From sequence record OQ992562.1: DNA of 64,000 bases; one strand, written 5' to 3'. Shown here piece after piece: positions 29,330 through 38,952 of the stretch. Within the stretch, counting starts at the first letter, position 1. Each line of letters starts with the position of its first letter. Under the pieces are notes generated by a model. That model was not told the origin of the DNA. It ran no database searches and saw nothing but the letters and a program-made list of their open reading frames with translations. The position numbers and the translations under genes are program-made.

Positions 29330-29395
29330 ATTTTTTATATTAAAAAAGTTTAATGGCTAAATAGTACATTTTAATAATTTAAGGAACTGAGTATT

Positions 29396-29725
29396 ATGGC
29401 GGATCAGAATTTATTTAAAGAAGTTCATGGTGATAATAAAAAATCACATTCTGACAATATCAAATATAATCTAGTTATTGCAATTGTACAAACTGCCCGT
29501 CAAAAAGCCATTTCTCAAAAAGTATTGATTGATGATGTTTTCACTAAACTAGGCATCTCTGATGAACTTAGTGAGAATATTAAAATGTTTAATTTACCAG
29601 CTTTAAGCATTGATGTATTAGTTGATGTTCTATATAGCTTAGGTTATAGAGCTTCATTAGAATTATCGCAACAAGATTTAGAAGATAATGTTGAAGCAGT
29701 AATTAAACTTAAGATGAGGGATTAG
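29396..29725 (+). CDS. Degenerate XRE-family HTH protein (HigA2/HTH_37-like)
   Basis: C-terminal LSIDVLVDVLYSLGYRASLEL resembles the XRE terminal helix-strand. Confidence 0.45.
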   Translation: MADQNLFKEVHGDNKKSHSDNIKYNLVIAIVQTARQKAISQKVLIDDVFTKLGISDELSENIKMFNLPALSIDVLVDVLYSLGYRASLELSQQDLEDNVEAVIKLKMRD

Positions 29726-29727
29726 TA

Positions 29728-30786
29728 ATGAATGGTTTATTTGTATGTATCGAAGGAACTGAAGGTGTTGGTAAAACAACTGTTACAAAGATGGTTGTTG
29801 AGGAACTACGTAAGCGCAATTACGATGTAGTAGCAATGCGTGAACCAGGTGGTACAGCTACATCGGAAAAGATTCGACAAATGTTAATTTGGCCAGAATT
29901 TAAAGATGAAGTTCGTCCGCCAGAATTCGATGTATTGATGCATAGTGCAGGTAGGATGCTTAATGTAGAAAACATTATTCGACCTGCTTTAAAAGATGAT
30001 AAAATCGTTATCACTGAACGTTTCATTGCATCTACTTATGCTCTTAATGTAGTACCTTTTGAAGAAACTAATCCATACCTATCAAAACTATTTATGGATA
30101 TTCTTCAAGGAACACTACATTCTATTCCAGAACCGGCTACTTTCTTTTTAACTGCTCCTGAAGAAGTTCGTAAAAAACGAATTGAAATGCGCGACCGAGG
30201 TCTTGACTATTATGAGTCTAAGGGTTCCAGTTACTTTAATAAAGTAGATGAAGGTTATGGACGCTTAATTAATCAACCTAGTTCAATTGTTGTAGATACC
30301 AATCGCGATCTAGACATCATTGTTAATGAGATTGTTGAATCAATTATTTTCCTGCGTGATAAACAGAAAAATAAACAATCATCATTTGATGAACAACTAG
30401 CTAAAACTACAACTAGTGATCAGTTTGATGATAGTGTAAGTTCTGAAATACCATGGAATGATGAACAGCAAGAAGATACTGTCGCAACAACCGATGACAC
30501 TATTAATTTTGATCTAGATGCTGAAATCAGTAAGTATCTTGATGAAAATATTATCCCTCAGTTATTCGAAGGTGATGATCGTTTCCTTGCATCTGGTAAG
30601 GTTGTGGCACAGAAGTACTGCCAACGAGTTTACGATCAGCTACCTGATAGTGAAAAGCACAAGATGTTCTTAGGTTCAAATAAAGAACGTCTAAATCAAC
30701 AAATTCATAGTTTACTTTACTATGGACATCAATTAGATGCATTCATTGCGGAAAATGATCTAATTGGTAAAACACTCTGGAAATAA
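29728..30786 (+). CDS. tmk: Thymidylate kinase with ~140-aa C-terminal extension
   Basis: P-loop IEGTEGVGKTT, REPGG and ITERFIAS. Confidence 0.92.
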   Translation: MNGLFVCIEGTEGVGKTTVTKMVVEELRKRNYDVVAMREPGGTATSEKIRQMLIWPEFKDEVRPPEFDVLMHSAGRMLNVENIIRPALKDDKIVITERFIASTYALNVVPFEETNPYLSKLFMDILQGTLHSIPEPATFFLTAPEEVRKKRIEMRDRGLDYYESKGSSYFNKVDEGYGRLINQPSSIVVDTNRDLDIIVNEIVESIIFLRDKQKNKQSSFDEQLAKTTTSDQFDDSVSSEIPWNDEQQEDTVATTDDTINFDLDAEISKYLDENIIPQLFEGDDRFLASGKVVAQKYCQRVYDQLPDSEKHKMFLGSNKERLNQQIHSLLYYGHQLDAFIAENDLIGKTLWK

Positions 30787-30823
30787 AATTAATTTATTAC
30801 TTCGTAACTGGTGAAGAAATTAA

Positions 30824-31075
30824 ATGAGCACTACCCTGACTCTGAAAGAATCTAAATATATTCCTGCAACTGAGCTTGATAATCTAGAAGCTTATATTGG
30901 TCGCACTTTTTTAGTTGAGCGAAATGGCGTATCAACTGCACATAAGCTAATTAAACTATCTCGACGTGATGTTTATCTCGGTTATCCAGATGGTAGGGAA
31001 GATTCATTTACATTGTCTATTAATAAGTTTCGGAAGTTCTATAAGCTAGCTCCATCTAGTCGCGATAAAAAATAA
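30824..31075 (+). CDS. Hypothetical protein, 83 aa
   Basis: ORF between tmk and a hairpin. Confidence 0.75.
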   Translation: MSTTLTLKESKYIPATELDNLEAYIGRTFLVERNGVSTAHKLIKLSRRDVYLGYPDGREDSFTLSINKFRKFYKLAPSSRDKK

Positions 31076-31088
31076 AACACGATATAAT

Positions 31089-31111
31089 AGAGTCCCCATT
31101 ACGGGGACTCT
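31089..31111 (+). terminator. Hairpin terminator
   Basis: AGAGTCCCC-ATTAC-GGGGACTCT followed by TCTTT. Confidence 0.75.
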
Positions 31112-31144
31112 TCTTTATAATTTTTTTGTTAAAAGGTATATCAA

Positions 31145-31585
31145 ATGTTTAATAGAATTGTTAGGGCTTTTCATATCGTTGATAAAGACCAATCTAAACA
31201 TGGTGAACTAGATTTACCACAATGGCCAGCCTATGTATCGGTTACTCCTAAAATTATCGACATTAGGGATAAAGAATTTAATTATCATGGTTTTATGTCA
31301 CGTATCAATGCCCCTTTAAAAGTTATAAAACCAGATGAATATATTAAAGCTAGGTATACTTTATGTTCACACTTTATTTATCAGCATGAAGGTGATAATG
31401 ACCCAGTCGATGCACCTGGCTTTAGTATTGACATTGAATACAGACTAGTTACTCAAAATACTAAAACGTGGTATTTAGATATCAACATCATCACTGATAA
31501 ATCAATTAGTTACAATATTGAAAGTATTCTAAATGCGGAATTCATGTGTCAATGTCCATTTAATCTTTATATAAACGGTAAATAA
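31145..31585 (+). CDS. Hypothetical protein, 146 aa
   Basis: AAGGT RBS. Confidence 0.75.
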   Translation: MFNRIVRAFHIVDKDQSKHGELDLPQWPAYVSVTPKIIDIRDKEFNYHGFMSRINAPLKVIKPDEYIKARYTLCSHFIYQHEGDNDPVDAPGFSIDIEYRLVTQNTKTWYLDINIITDKSISYNIESILNAEFMCQCPFNLYINGK

Positions 31586-31612
31586 CTAATCATTTATAAT
31601 AGAGGAAAGAGT

Positions 31613-32404
31613 ATGTTTAAATCCTTGAACTTTAACTATACTACTCAACCTTCTACAGAAGGTATCTGTTTGTACATCGGCCATGGTGATGTTGGACTAC
31701 TTGAGGGTAACAAATCTTCAACTGGTATTGCTGATAAATTAGAACAATGCCCTTATTACTTACATGTTACTGTTGGTAAATCAAACACAGCTAACCAATT
31801 GACCATCACTGGTTATACTAATAATCAACCTAACCTCCGTAGTTGGCATGGTCAAGAAGCTATGGACATTCTTCTGAATAATATCAACATTGATAACAAT
31901 GTGGTACAACGAGAACTCAACTTTAAAGTACTCATTGAATCAGTTGAGCGTAAAGATCCGCGTGTTATTATACTAATGGCACTAGGTGCACTTCCATCTC
32001 AAGATTACCCTGGTCATTTTAATGATTTAACATCCGATAAGCAACTATTCAAACGGGAAGGCACTTTCATTGATTATAATGAAAAAGAATATAGTGATAC
32101 ATGCAATACCATTACACGCAAATTATTAAACCTGTGTGGTTGTGGTCATCCAGAAGCAGAATTGCAGTATATTGATGATGTATTGGATATATATCGCCAA
32201 GGGTGGAATATTTCTAAACGTAATGAATGTGATAAGAAATATGGATTTGGTCCGACTACATTCATGCTACATTATTTAGATAGTCTTGGATTTGCCGAGC
32301 ATGGCACGGGTGCAGCTGGTTGGCTACTCGATGAAGGCGCATGGGTAAGTGTATTAGTAAAATTAGCAATTAAGGAAACCGAGGGTGGATGCACTGATGT
32401 TTAA
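31613..32404 (+). CDS. Hypothetical two-domain protein, 263 aa
   Basis: C-terminal CGCG..PE...LD..G..EHG...GW module. Confidence 0.75.
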   Translation: MFKSLNFNYTTQPSTEGICLYIGHGDVGLLEGNKSSTGIADKLEQCPYYLHVTVGKSNTANQLTITGYTNNQPNLRSWHGQEAMDILLNNINIDNNVVQRELNFKVLIESVERKDPRVIILMALGALPSQDYPGHFNDLTSDKQLFKREGTFIDYNEKEYSDTCNTITRKLLNLCGCGHPEAELQYIDDVLDIYRQGWNISKRNECDKKYGFGPTTFMLHYLDSLGFAEHGTGAAGWLLDEGAWVSVLVKLAIKETEGGCTDV

Positions 32405-33122
32405 ATTATCGATGCGTATATTCTGTGCAGTATTTCTGATTAGTATTGGCATGTATACTAAAGCTAGTGTTAATTACGAACCACTTGCTTTTTATGGAGT
32501 ACCATTATTCTACTCTAATCATACTCCGCGAATTGCTCCATGTAATTTCAATAAGCAATCCAAACTGGGTAGTTGCGGTTGGACCAGTTATCCAGAAAAT
32601 TCAATAATATTGGTGGTTCACCCTAGTGATCCAACTAAACAACTACCTGTTGAATACTCGATGTACCAGGAGGTTATCTGTGAGGATGATCAGTGCTATA
32701 CATCCGATTATCATGAACCATATGGACATCTATTGGGATTTAAAGGAACTACTTATTGGTCAGTACCAACTGGATACTATTTACTAAATGGACCTAATGG
32801 GGTACATGGTGTCAAATTTGGCAATGGTCCCTTAAAAGACACTTATCCTATTCGTGATGTATACATGGTAAATAATGATAGAGTGATTGATGGTGAGTAT
32901 CTTACACTACAAAATACTAGGGGCTTTTATAATGTAGTGTGTAGTCAACTTACACAAATGTGTAAATACTTTGGTAAAGAATATACTTTACTAGAACTCA
33001 TTCAAATTATCCCATTTGTAAAGACCACCACTTGCGATGAATTCCTTTGTTACATCAATAATGATAAAGGTAAGGTTGCAGGCATCAATCCAAAACGAAA
33101 GGATATTTACGAGGGGCTGTAA
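32397..33122 (+). CDS. Predicted secreted Cys-paired protein (~241 aa)
   Basis: Signal-peptide-like N-terminus; eight Cys in four close pairs. Confidence 0.7.
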   Translation: MFKLSMRIFCAVFLISIGMYTKASVNYEPLAFYGVPLFYSNHTPRIAPCNFNKQSKLGSCGWTSYPENSIILVVHPSDPTKQLPVEYSMYQEVICEDDQCYTSDYHEPYGHLLGFKGTTYWSVPTGYYLLNGPNGVHGVKFGNGPLKDTYPIRDVYMVNNDRVIDGEYLTLQNTRGFYNVVCSQLTQMCKYFGKEYTLLELIQIIPFVKTTTCDEFLCYINNDKGKVAGINPKRKDIYEGL

Positions 33123-33484
33123 TGAACATTACCAATATAAAGCTCATCCAAACTATGGATGCTGTATTAGAGGAACTCACGAAATATCACGATAACCTCA
33201 AGCCTTGTGTAGGTATTAAAATAGAGGTTTCACCATGTGACGCTAAGTGTATACTCTTATCTGAGGATATGGTTCGTAAGGTAGTTATTGAGATCAATGT
33301 AGTTAAACCACTGAATATGCGTGTAACCTATCTCTTTGATGAGAAGATGGTTACTAAGATCAACAAATATAATTCACATTACTACACTGAATTAGCCAAA
33401 CAAATAAATACGTTCTTTTCGGATACAAGTATCCCAACACGCACATTCGATTACCATGGATTCTTTGATTATCTTGGATTCTAA
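33122..33484 (+). CDS. Hypothetical protein, 120 aa
   Basis: TAATG coupling. Confidence 0.75.
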   Translation: MNITNIKLIQTMDAVLEELTKYHDNLKPCVGIKIEVSPCDAKCILLSEDMVRKVVIEINVVKPLNMRVTYLFDEKMVTKINKYNSHYYTELAKQINTFFSDTSIPTRTFDYHGFFDYLGF

Positions 33485-33496
33485 AAGGAGATTATA

Positions 33497-33853
33497 ATGG
33501 GTTCTCTAACTCTTGAAACAGGGCGACAGATTGAGCATCATTTGCTGAATGCAATTAGCATTCATATTAATGCATCCCGGATTGACGCTACATTGCGTGA
33601 AACAGTTAATGTCATCGATAACCCTGTAACAAAACGATCTATTGCATATGTGGTTGAGAGAGGCAAGGATATCCGCATTGCAGTTTATGATACCAGCAAT
33701 GATCATCTTGGCATGATATCTCATATTGAGTCTGGTGATAGTGAATTTAAAGTTCTTAATATGGCACAGGCTGTTCGGATAACCAAATTCTCATTGAATC
33801 AATTTGATGAGGCAGCAATATGTGCAGTAAGCTGGCTTGCCGGAAATCCATAA
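33497..33853 (+). CDS. Hypothetical protein, 118 aa
   Basis: AGGAG RBS. Confidence 0.8.
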   Translation: MGSLTLETGRQIEHHLLNAISIHINASRIDATLRETVNVIDNPVTKRSIAYVVERGKDIRIAVYDTSNDHLGMISHIESGDSEFKVLNMAQAVRITKFSLNQFDEAAICAVSWLAGNP

Positions 33854-33890
33854 TACATCATTGATTAAAGTACCACTACAGCTTAATATT

Positions 33891-33946
33891 CAATCTCAGT
33901 CTAAACACTGATCCAATTAGGCTGAGATTGAAGACTACTGGGTCAG
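33891..33946 (+). other. Predicted H-type RNA pseudoknot in intergenic region
   Basis: 14-bp stem 33891-33904/33917-33930; loop CTGATCCA pairs with TGGGTCAG at 33939-33946. Confidence 0.5.
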
Positions 33947-34008
33947 CTCATTATTGCCTACTTCTAATTTGATATAGGTAAATTATAAATACAAAGTCAG
34001 GTAATGTC

Positions 34009-34383
34009 ATGGATTCATTAAAAATACAAAATATTCTCTTATGCAATAAAGCATTCAAGGCGATTGTTGAGCATCCACTTCAGATTAAATCTAATAGATC
34101 TACTAGTATTCAAGTATTAAATAATGAGTTGAATTATGGGTTGACTTATATCTTTCATGATACCGACTCTACTCGTACAGTTAAATTAACAGTACGTTAC
34201 GGTAATGTAGTAATCTCATTAGTGGATAGTAATAATAGATTAGAAAAAGAATTTACCTTTGATAATGAAGCTAACTATCAATTAATGGGTAAAATAGTTT
34301 ATTGTTATTTACGTAAAAATAAAGATGATTATTATCGTGGATTAAGTGATAGTGGTTATCTACAATGGTTAGGGATAACTTAA
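34009..34383 (+). CDS. Hypothetical protein, 124 aa
   Basis: AGGT RBS. Confidence 0.75.
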   Translation: MDSLKIQNILLCNKAFKAIVEHPLQIKSNRSTSIQVLNNELNYGLTYIFHDTDSTRTVKLTVRYGNVVISLVDSNNRLEKEFTFDNEANYQLMGKIVYCYLRKNKDDYYRGLSDSGYLQWLGIT

Positions 34384-34384
34384 T

Positions 34385-34747
34385 ATGATATTTAATAAAA
34401 TCACTCGATCTATAAAAAGAAGGCGATGTAATAAGTCTGAATTAATTGAAATTAATGAACTTATCTTAAAAGCAGCTCGTCGTCAAAACTATGATTTATG
34501 TCATCTGATTAGTTATCTTGGTGATGGTAATGATCCAGTAGTTATTGATATTTTAAAGAAAGAATATTCTGAAATATATGCCTATTATAAATCTGTATTT
34601 GACCCTGCTGATTTTGGTAAGAATTATAAAAATAAATTACATAATGATTTATTAGAGGCTATGACCAAAATAGATAAATTTAAAGAATTATGTGAAAAAC
34701 ATAATATCGACTATTCACACATTGTTGAAGATGAAATACCTTTCTAG
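34385..34747 (+). CDS. Hypothetical protein, 120 aa
   Basis: Operon spacing. Confidence 0.7.
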   Translation: MIFNKITRSIKRRRCNKSELIEINELILKAARRQNYDLCHLISYLGDGNDPVVIDILKKEYSEIYAYYKSVFDPADFGKNYKNKLHNDLLEAMTKIDKFKELCEKHNIDYSHIVEDEIPF

Positions 34748-34758
34748 GCGGAAATAAA

Positions 34759-35121
34759 ATGGAATTAATCAGTGTCAACTCAATGGCATTATTCTTTGGT
34801 TTAATTGTAGCGCACTTCATCTTTGATTTTTCATTGCAAAATGATTTCATTGCAAAGGCTAAAAATCATACTACTGAACTAGGTTCACTATATTGGAAAT
34901 GGGTATTACCTGCACACAGCTTCATGCATGGTGGCGCAGTTTATTTCATTACTGGTTCATTAGTTTTAGGACTTATTGAAACAATTTCTCACTGCATTAT
35001 TGATTATTTAAAATGTGATAATAAAATTACATTTAATCAAGATCAGTGGTTACACATTGGTTTTAAACTAATGTATACTTATCTAATTGTTTACGAAGTA
35101 CCTTTCGTAATGTATGGATAA
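34759..35121 (+). CDS. DUF3307-like membrane protein
   Basis: HFIFDF.LQ, H..MH, H..ID..K and DQWLH motifs within TM helices. Confidence 0.8.
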   Translation: MELISVNSMALFFGLIVAHFIFDFSLQNDFIAKAKNHTTELGSLYWKWVLPAHSFMHGGAVYFITGSLVLGLIETISHCIIDYLKCDNKITFNQDQWLHIGFKLMYTYLIVYEVPFVMYG

Positions 35122-35132
35122 AGTTATATATT

Positions 35133-35154
35133 ACCCTCTCCTTCGGGAGAGGGT
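35133..35154 (+). terminator. Intrinsic terminator, UUCG loop
   Basis: ACCCTCTCC-TTCG-GGAGAGGGT followed by TTTAT. Confidence 0.85.
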
Positions 35155-35262
35155 TTTATGTTTAATATTTTTTTTGTTAAGTTTTATTACCCAATCTGAT
35201 AGGACTATAATGGAGTTTAGTCTTGTGGAAGTTTATAAAACCCTATTGGGAAGAGAACTACA

Positions 35263-35751
35263 ATGGTTATTACACATCAAACTGTAGACCAGATAGATAC
35301 ACAAGTTAGTTTAGGTTTACCTATTGGCTACTATGGTGCTAATGATGATTTATCTACACTAATTAGGACGATTGGTGATTGGAATATCAGACCTATTGAA
35401 GAACGTAGGACACCAGGTACAGGCTACATTGTAGCTGTCCCATCGAATACTCGTACACGAGTGATTTACACTGCTGGTCGCAAAAGATGGCTAGAAGCAT
35501 TAGATTTTAGCCCCGAATTAGCCGAGAAGTATATTCGTGCTTGTAGTGCAATAAAACGATGCTGGGACCACGATGTCGCAACCTTTGTCCTAACACATAA
35601 TAAAATTAGCGACGAATTACTTAAAGAATTGATGAGTGTTGAGAATCCTAAAGCTGTACTCAATCACTATAAAATTCCTGTAAAGATTTCTAGAAATAGA
35701 ATAATTGCAGCTTGTCAAATAATCTTCAATATTCGTGGACTAAAAGTCTAA
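35263..35751 (+). CDS. Hypothetical protein, 162 aa
   Basis: Long ORF followed by a hairpin. Confidence 0.75.
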   Translation: MVITHQTVDQIDTQVSLGLPIGYYGANDDLSTLIRTIGDWNIRPIEERRTPGTGYIVAVPSNTRTRVIYTAGRKRWLEALDFSPELAEKYIRACSAIKRCWDHDVATFVLTHNKISDELLKELMSVENPKAVLNHYKIPVKISRNRIIAACQIIFNIRGLKV

Positions 35752-35762
35752 TACTTTTATAG

Positions 35763-35785
35763 GAGAGAACCATGATGGTTCTCTC
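35763..35785 (+). terminator. Intrinsic terminator
   Basis: GAGAGAACCAT-G-ATGGTTCTCTC followed by TTTTT. Confidence 0.75.
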
Positions 35786-35841
35786 TTTTTGACGTAAGTG
35801 CATTATTGTTATGATAAGACTTTCGTACAAGGAAAACTACT

Positions 35842-36273
35842 ATGTTACTTTTTGTTGATACAGAATTTGATACGCCTACTGGTACTCTTATTTCACTTGG
35901 TATTGTTAGTGAAGATCGACGTTGTGAATTCTACGAAGTTCTACCATATGACAATATTGAAGATGAATGGGTTAAAGAAAACGTTATTCCTATTCTTCAA
36001 AAAGAACCAATCTCTTTAGAAGAATTCCATGATAGACTAGCCAAGTTTCTTGGTCAGTTTGCTCGATTACATTTTATAGCTAATCATGTTAACGATATGG
36101 TTTACACTGGTAAAGCTATGGATATGGGTAAAGGTAAACAAGTTGTTGAGTTACCAACTATATTTGAATTAAATCATGAGCTAAGTGGAAAAGGTTCTAA
36201 AATGCTTCACAACGCACTATTTGATGCTCGTGCAACTCTAGATGACTGGGAGCGTTTAAATGGTGTGAACTAA
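35842..36273 (+). CDS. DEDDh 3'-5' exonuclease (DUF5051/Rv2179c-like)
   Basis: FVDTEF, ISLGIV, WVKENVIP and HNALFDAR motifs. Confidence 0.85.
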   Translation: MLLFVDTEFDTPTGTLISLGIVSEDRRCEFYEVLPYDNIEDEWVKENVIPILQKEPISLEEFHDRLAKFLGQFARLHFIANHVNDMVYTGKAMDMGKGKQVVELPTIFELNHELSGKGSKMLHNALFDARATLDDWERLNGVN

Positions 36274-36292
36274 CCTTTTTGGGATAGCCATC

Positions 36293-36952
36293 ATGACTAA
36301 CACCTTTGAGAAGATGTCAGGCGACAAATATAGAAAAAGTCGTCCAGAAATCGTACTGCGTTTGCTGATCGCAACCAGTTTTCCTCAATCCGTTTTAGCC
36401 GATTTGACTTTTGATATTACTAAGCAAGTTGGTATTACTGATAACGATGAATTAGAGAAGATTGCTAATGACATGCGTGATGTTGAACGTAAGTTTGACA
36501 TGACTGATTTCGTTAGATGTATTGATCTACGTCGTAATGGTAATGACGTAAATATAACTGTTAATTGTTGGGATTTTGATCCACGTGCTAAAACTATCGA
36601 GGATCGTGCGGAGAACCATGAATTCCTGGCAAACAGTAATATTACCTTACATTCACCAGAAGCAGATTTTAATGATCCACGTGAACTGGCTAGTAAATTA
36701 GTTGGACTATTTTTTCGTAGCAAGATAGGTCAAAAGCCATCAGCTAGTAATTTTACTAAGGGATGGAAAATTCTTAGTAAACCAATTAGTAAATCTAAAA
36801 ATACAGGTGATATAGAATCAATCGATCTAGTTGATGCTATTGAACTAGTAGCTCAGAGTTTAGCTAAACGTAGGTTTAACATTAAAATTACCACAAGCGC
36901 TATTTTATTACTTGATCAGAAAAGACGGTTATTTAATATAACGCGTGGTTAA
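36293..36952 (+). CDS. Hypothetical protein, 219 aa
   Basis: Long ORF ending at the bidirectional hairpin. Confidence 0.75.
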   Translation: MTNTFEKMSGDKYRKSRPEIVLRLLIATSFPQSVLADLTFDITKQVGITDNDELEKIANDMRDVERKFDMTDFVRCIDLRRNGNDVNITVNCWDFDPRAKTIEDRAENHEFLANSNITLHSPEADFNDPRELASKLVGLFFRSKIGQKPSASNFTKGWKILSKPISKSKNTGDIESIDLVDAIELVAQSLAKRRFNIKITTSAILLLDQKRRLFNITRG

Positions 36953-36963
36953 AACAACATAAT

Positions 36964-36984
36964 GCCCTCCCATTGCGGGAGGGC
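36964..36984. terminator. Bidirectional hairpin between convergent genes
   Basis: GCCCTCCC-ATTGC-GGGAGGGC. Confidence 0.75.
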
Positions 36985-36992
36985 TTATGCCG

Positions 36993-38942
36993 TTAAACTT
37001 TTACAAGTTTATCATTTTCTATTTTCCAATTAGCATGGAAAGAAATTGGTTGACCAGTGGTCTCATCAAGAATGTCACCAGTCTTTAACCTATTTTTAAT
37101 AGCTCGGTTATTTCCAAAGAATGGAACTAGTTTAGCTACTGTTACATCAGCTAATCCTGGATCTTTCATTACATACCAGCCAGGTGTTGAAGCCAGTTCA
37201 TCATACTGGACAACTTTAGAAGTATCTGCAAAGATAACAATATCACCATGTCGTCCGTTCTGGACACGTTGTGATAGTTTACCCCATGTGGAGTTATTAT
37301 CATAAACATATACATTAGCTGTATTTAATGTCTCACCAAGGAATGTACGGCGTAATGCAGTCAATACTATTGGTTTTATATTAATGTTATTCTTATATGC
37401 ATTCGCTACACGATACATATACTTGGTCATGCTAAGATTAATATATTCATAAATTTTAGCTTTACTTATCCCTTTATAATCATCCCATGCCATTGTACCT
37501 ATAAGGGATGCTTCATTATAAAGAGAAGCAGGTTTTGAACTAAGTACCACTTGATGCTGCATTGTGTAAGTATAAGGTACACGTACGTTAATACGTATCT
37601 GATCATTATCATGGATTAAAAGAGTTGATCCATGAGTTATCAGATCCCACTGAGTAATGCCCTGACTAAATAAGAATGATCCAACTAAATAGCCATTTAT
37701 TTGAATATCGCCTAGATAATCCTGATGGTCAGTACCATTTGAGTAACCTAGATTAAGATCAAAATAACGCTTAGCTGTTAGTATCTGAGTAGTATCAATA
37801 GCTTGGCCATTATCACGTGCAACAAAGATACCATCATCTACACCAACTTGGAATCTAAATGAAATAGCATACGGTTTATTAGGATTTTCAGATGTCGTAC
37901 AAAGAAAATTGTAAATGTACTCGCCAGTATGATCGAAGGTAAATTCAGGAATATCTTCTTTGTTATACGCTGGGAAAGTAACAAGCTTAATCTCACTTTC
38001 ACTTGAATCACCTTTGATAACAAAGTCAGTTACTTGACCATTACCAATAGATTTATTCATACCTGTAAACAAACCAGATGATGCAGCTTTTGGTGACCAG
38101 CTTAGCATCTGATTTACAGTATATTGAACATCTGACCTATCAACAACACCAGAGAAATAAGAACCAAAATTAAAGGCTAGTCTATTAGCGGTAAATGCAA
38201 AACTACCATTATTTTCTTTAGCATCTTCAATATTAGTGTAATCTCTTGAAGCAGAATCAGTTATAACAAAGATACCATTACCCGATTTACGCCAAGTAGC
38301 TAGATTATCAATAGTCGCCTGACTCACTCTTTCAGGAGTTAATGCACCAGTATTATGATCTTTAGTAGAGAATAGAATACATGCATAATACTTATTAAGA
38401 TCTGTTAAAGTAAGGTCTACTGTGCCACCCATCATTTCTGGGTAATAAACATCATAGGTAGAATCTTGTACACGAGCAGCCGTATCTAGTATCTTTTTAA
38501 AACCATTACCTGACGTATTGAGGACTGAATAAGGTTCACTAGGATTACTATCTGTGATTACTAAGAATTTCTTTCCAGTTGATTCGTACTTACTACCATT
38601 CCTAATAAACCCAATAGCATTATAAAAATATCTTACCCATCCCCATAGATCTTGAGGGTTTGTTGTATTAGCCGGAATTTGGTAAGTATCATAGTTTAAA
38701 TTATAGAATTTTGGAAAACTACAATCATAAAGAACATTACCAGTGCCATCTTGCACAACAGCAATAAATGGACTACCACCTGTTGCAGGGTCACCATCAT
38801 AAGCAATGTATTCAGAGAGCACCGGAGGTAACTCCGGGCTCACTGTATAATACACCTTCTGAATATCTGAACTAAAGTTAAATTTAACTTTAGAGTTTAG
38901 TGCCACAGGACCCGGCACTTGCGACGGGACAATAGAAGGCAT
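36993..38942 (-). CDS. Probable virion structural protein (gp201-like), 649 aa
   Basis: AGGAG RBS; Gly/Asn/Tyr-rich; co-transcribed with the virion helicase. Confidence 0.6.
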   Translation of the reverse strand: MPSIVPSQVPGPVALNSKVKFNFSSDIQKVYYTVSPELPPVLSEYIAYDGDPATGGSPFIAVVQDGTGNVLYDCSFPKFYNLNYDTYQIPANTTNPQDLWGWVRYFYNAIGFIRNGSKYESTGKKFLVITDSNPSEPYSVLNTSGNGFKKILDTAARVQDSTYDVYYPEMMGGTVDLTLTDLNKYYACILFSTKDHNTGALTPERVSQATIDNLATWRKSGNGIFVITDSASRDYTNIEDAKENNGSFAFTANRLAFNFGSYFSGVVDRSDVQYTVNQMLSWSPKAASSGLFTGMNKSIGNGQVTDFVIKGDSSESEIKLVTFPAYNKEDIPEFTFDHTGEYIYNFLCTTSENPNKPYAISFRFQVGVDDGIFVARDNGQAIDTTQILTAKRYFDLNLGYSNGTDHQDYLGDIQINGYLVGSFLFSQGITQWDLITHGSTLLIHDNDQIRINVRVPYTYTMQHQVVLSSKPASLYNEASLIGTMAWDDYKGISKAKIYEYINLSMTKYMYRVANAYKNNINIKPIVLTALRRTFLGETLNTANVYVYDNNSTWGKLSQRVQNGRHGDIVIFADTSKVVQYDELASTPGWYVMKDPGLADVTVAKLVPFFGNNRAIKNRLKTGDILDETTGQPISFHANWKIENDKLVKV

Positions 38943-38952
38943 TTCTCACTCC

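Noticed and set aside
35127-35134. TATATTAC match
   Set aside because: Overlaps the 5' flank of a terminator hairpin and lacks the AGAT and A-tract context of the real promoters
35210-35287. 25-codon ORF with AGGA RBS overlapping the start of 35263
   Set aside because: Could be a leader peptide or frameshifted N-terminus, but there is no slippery site or other support
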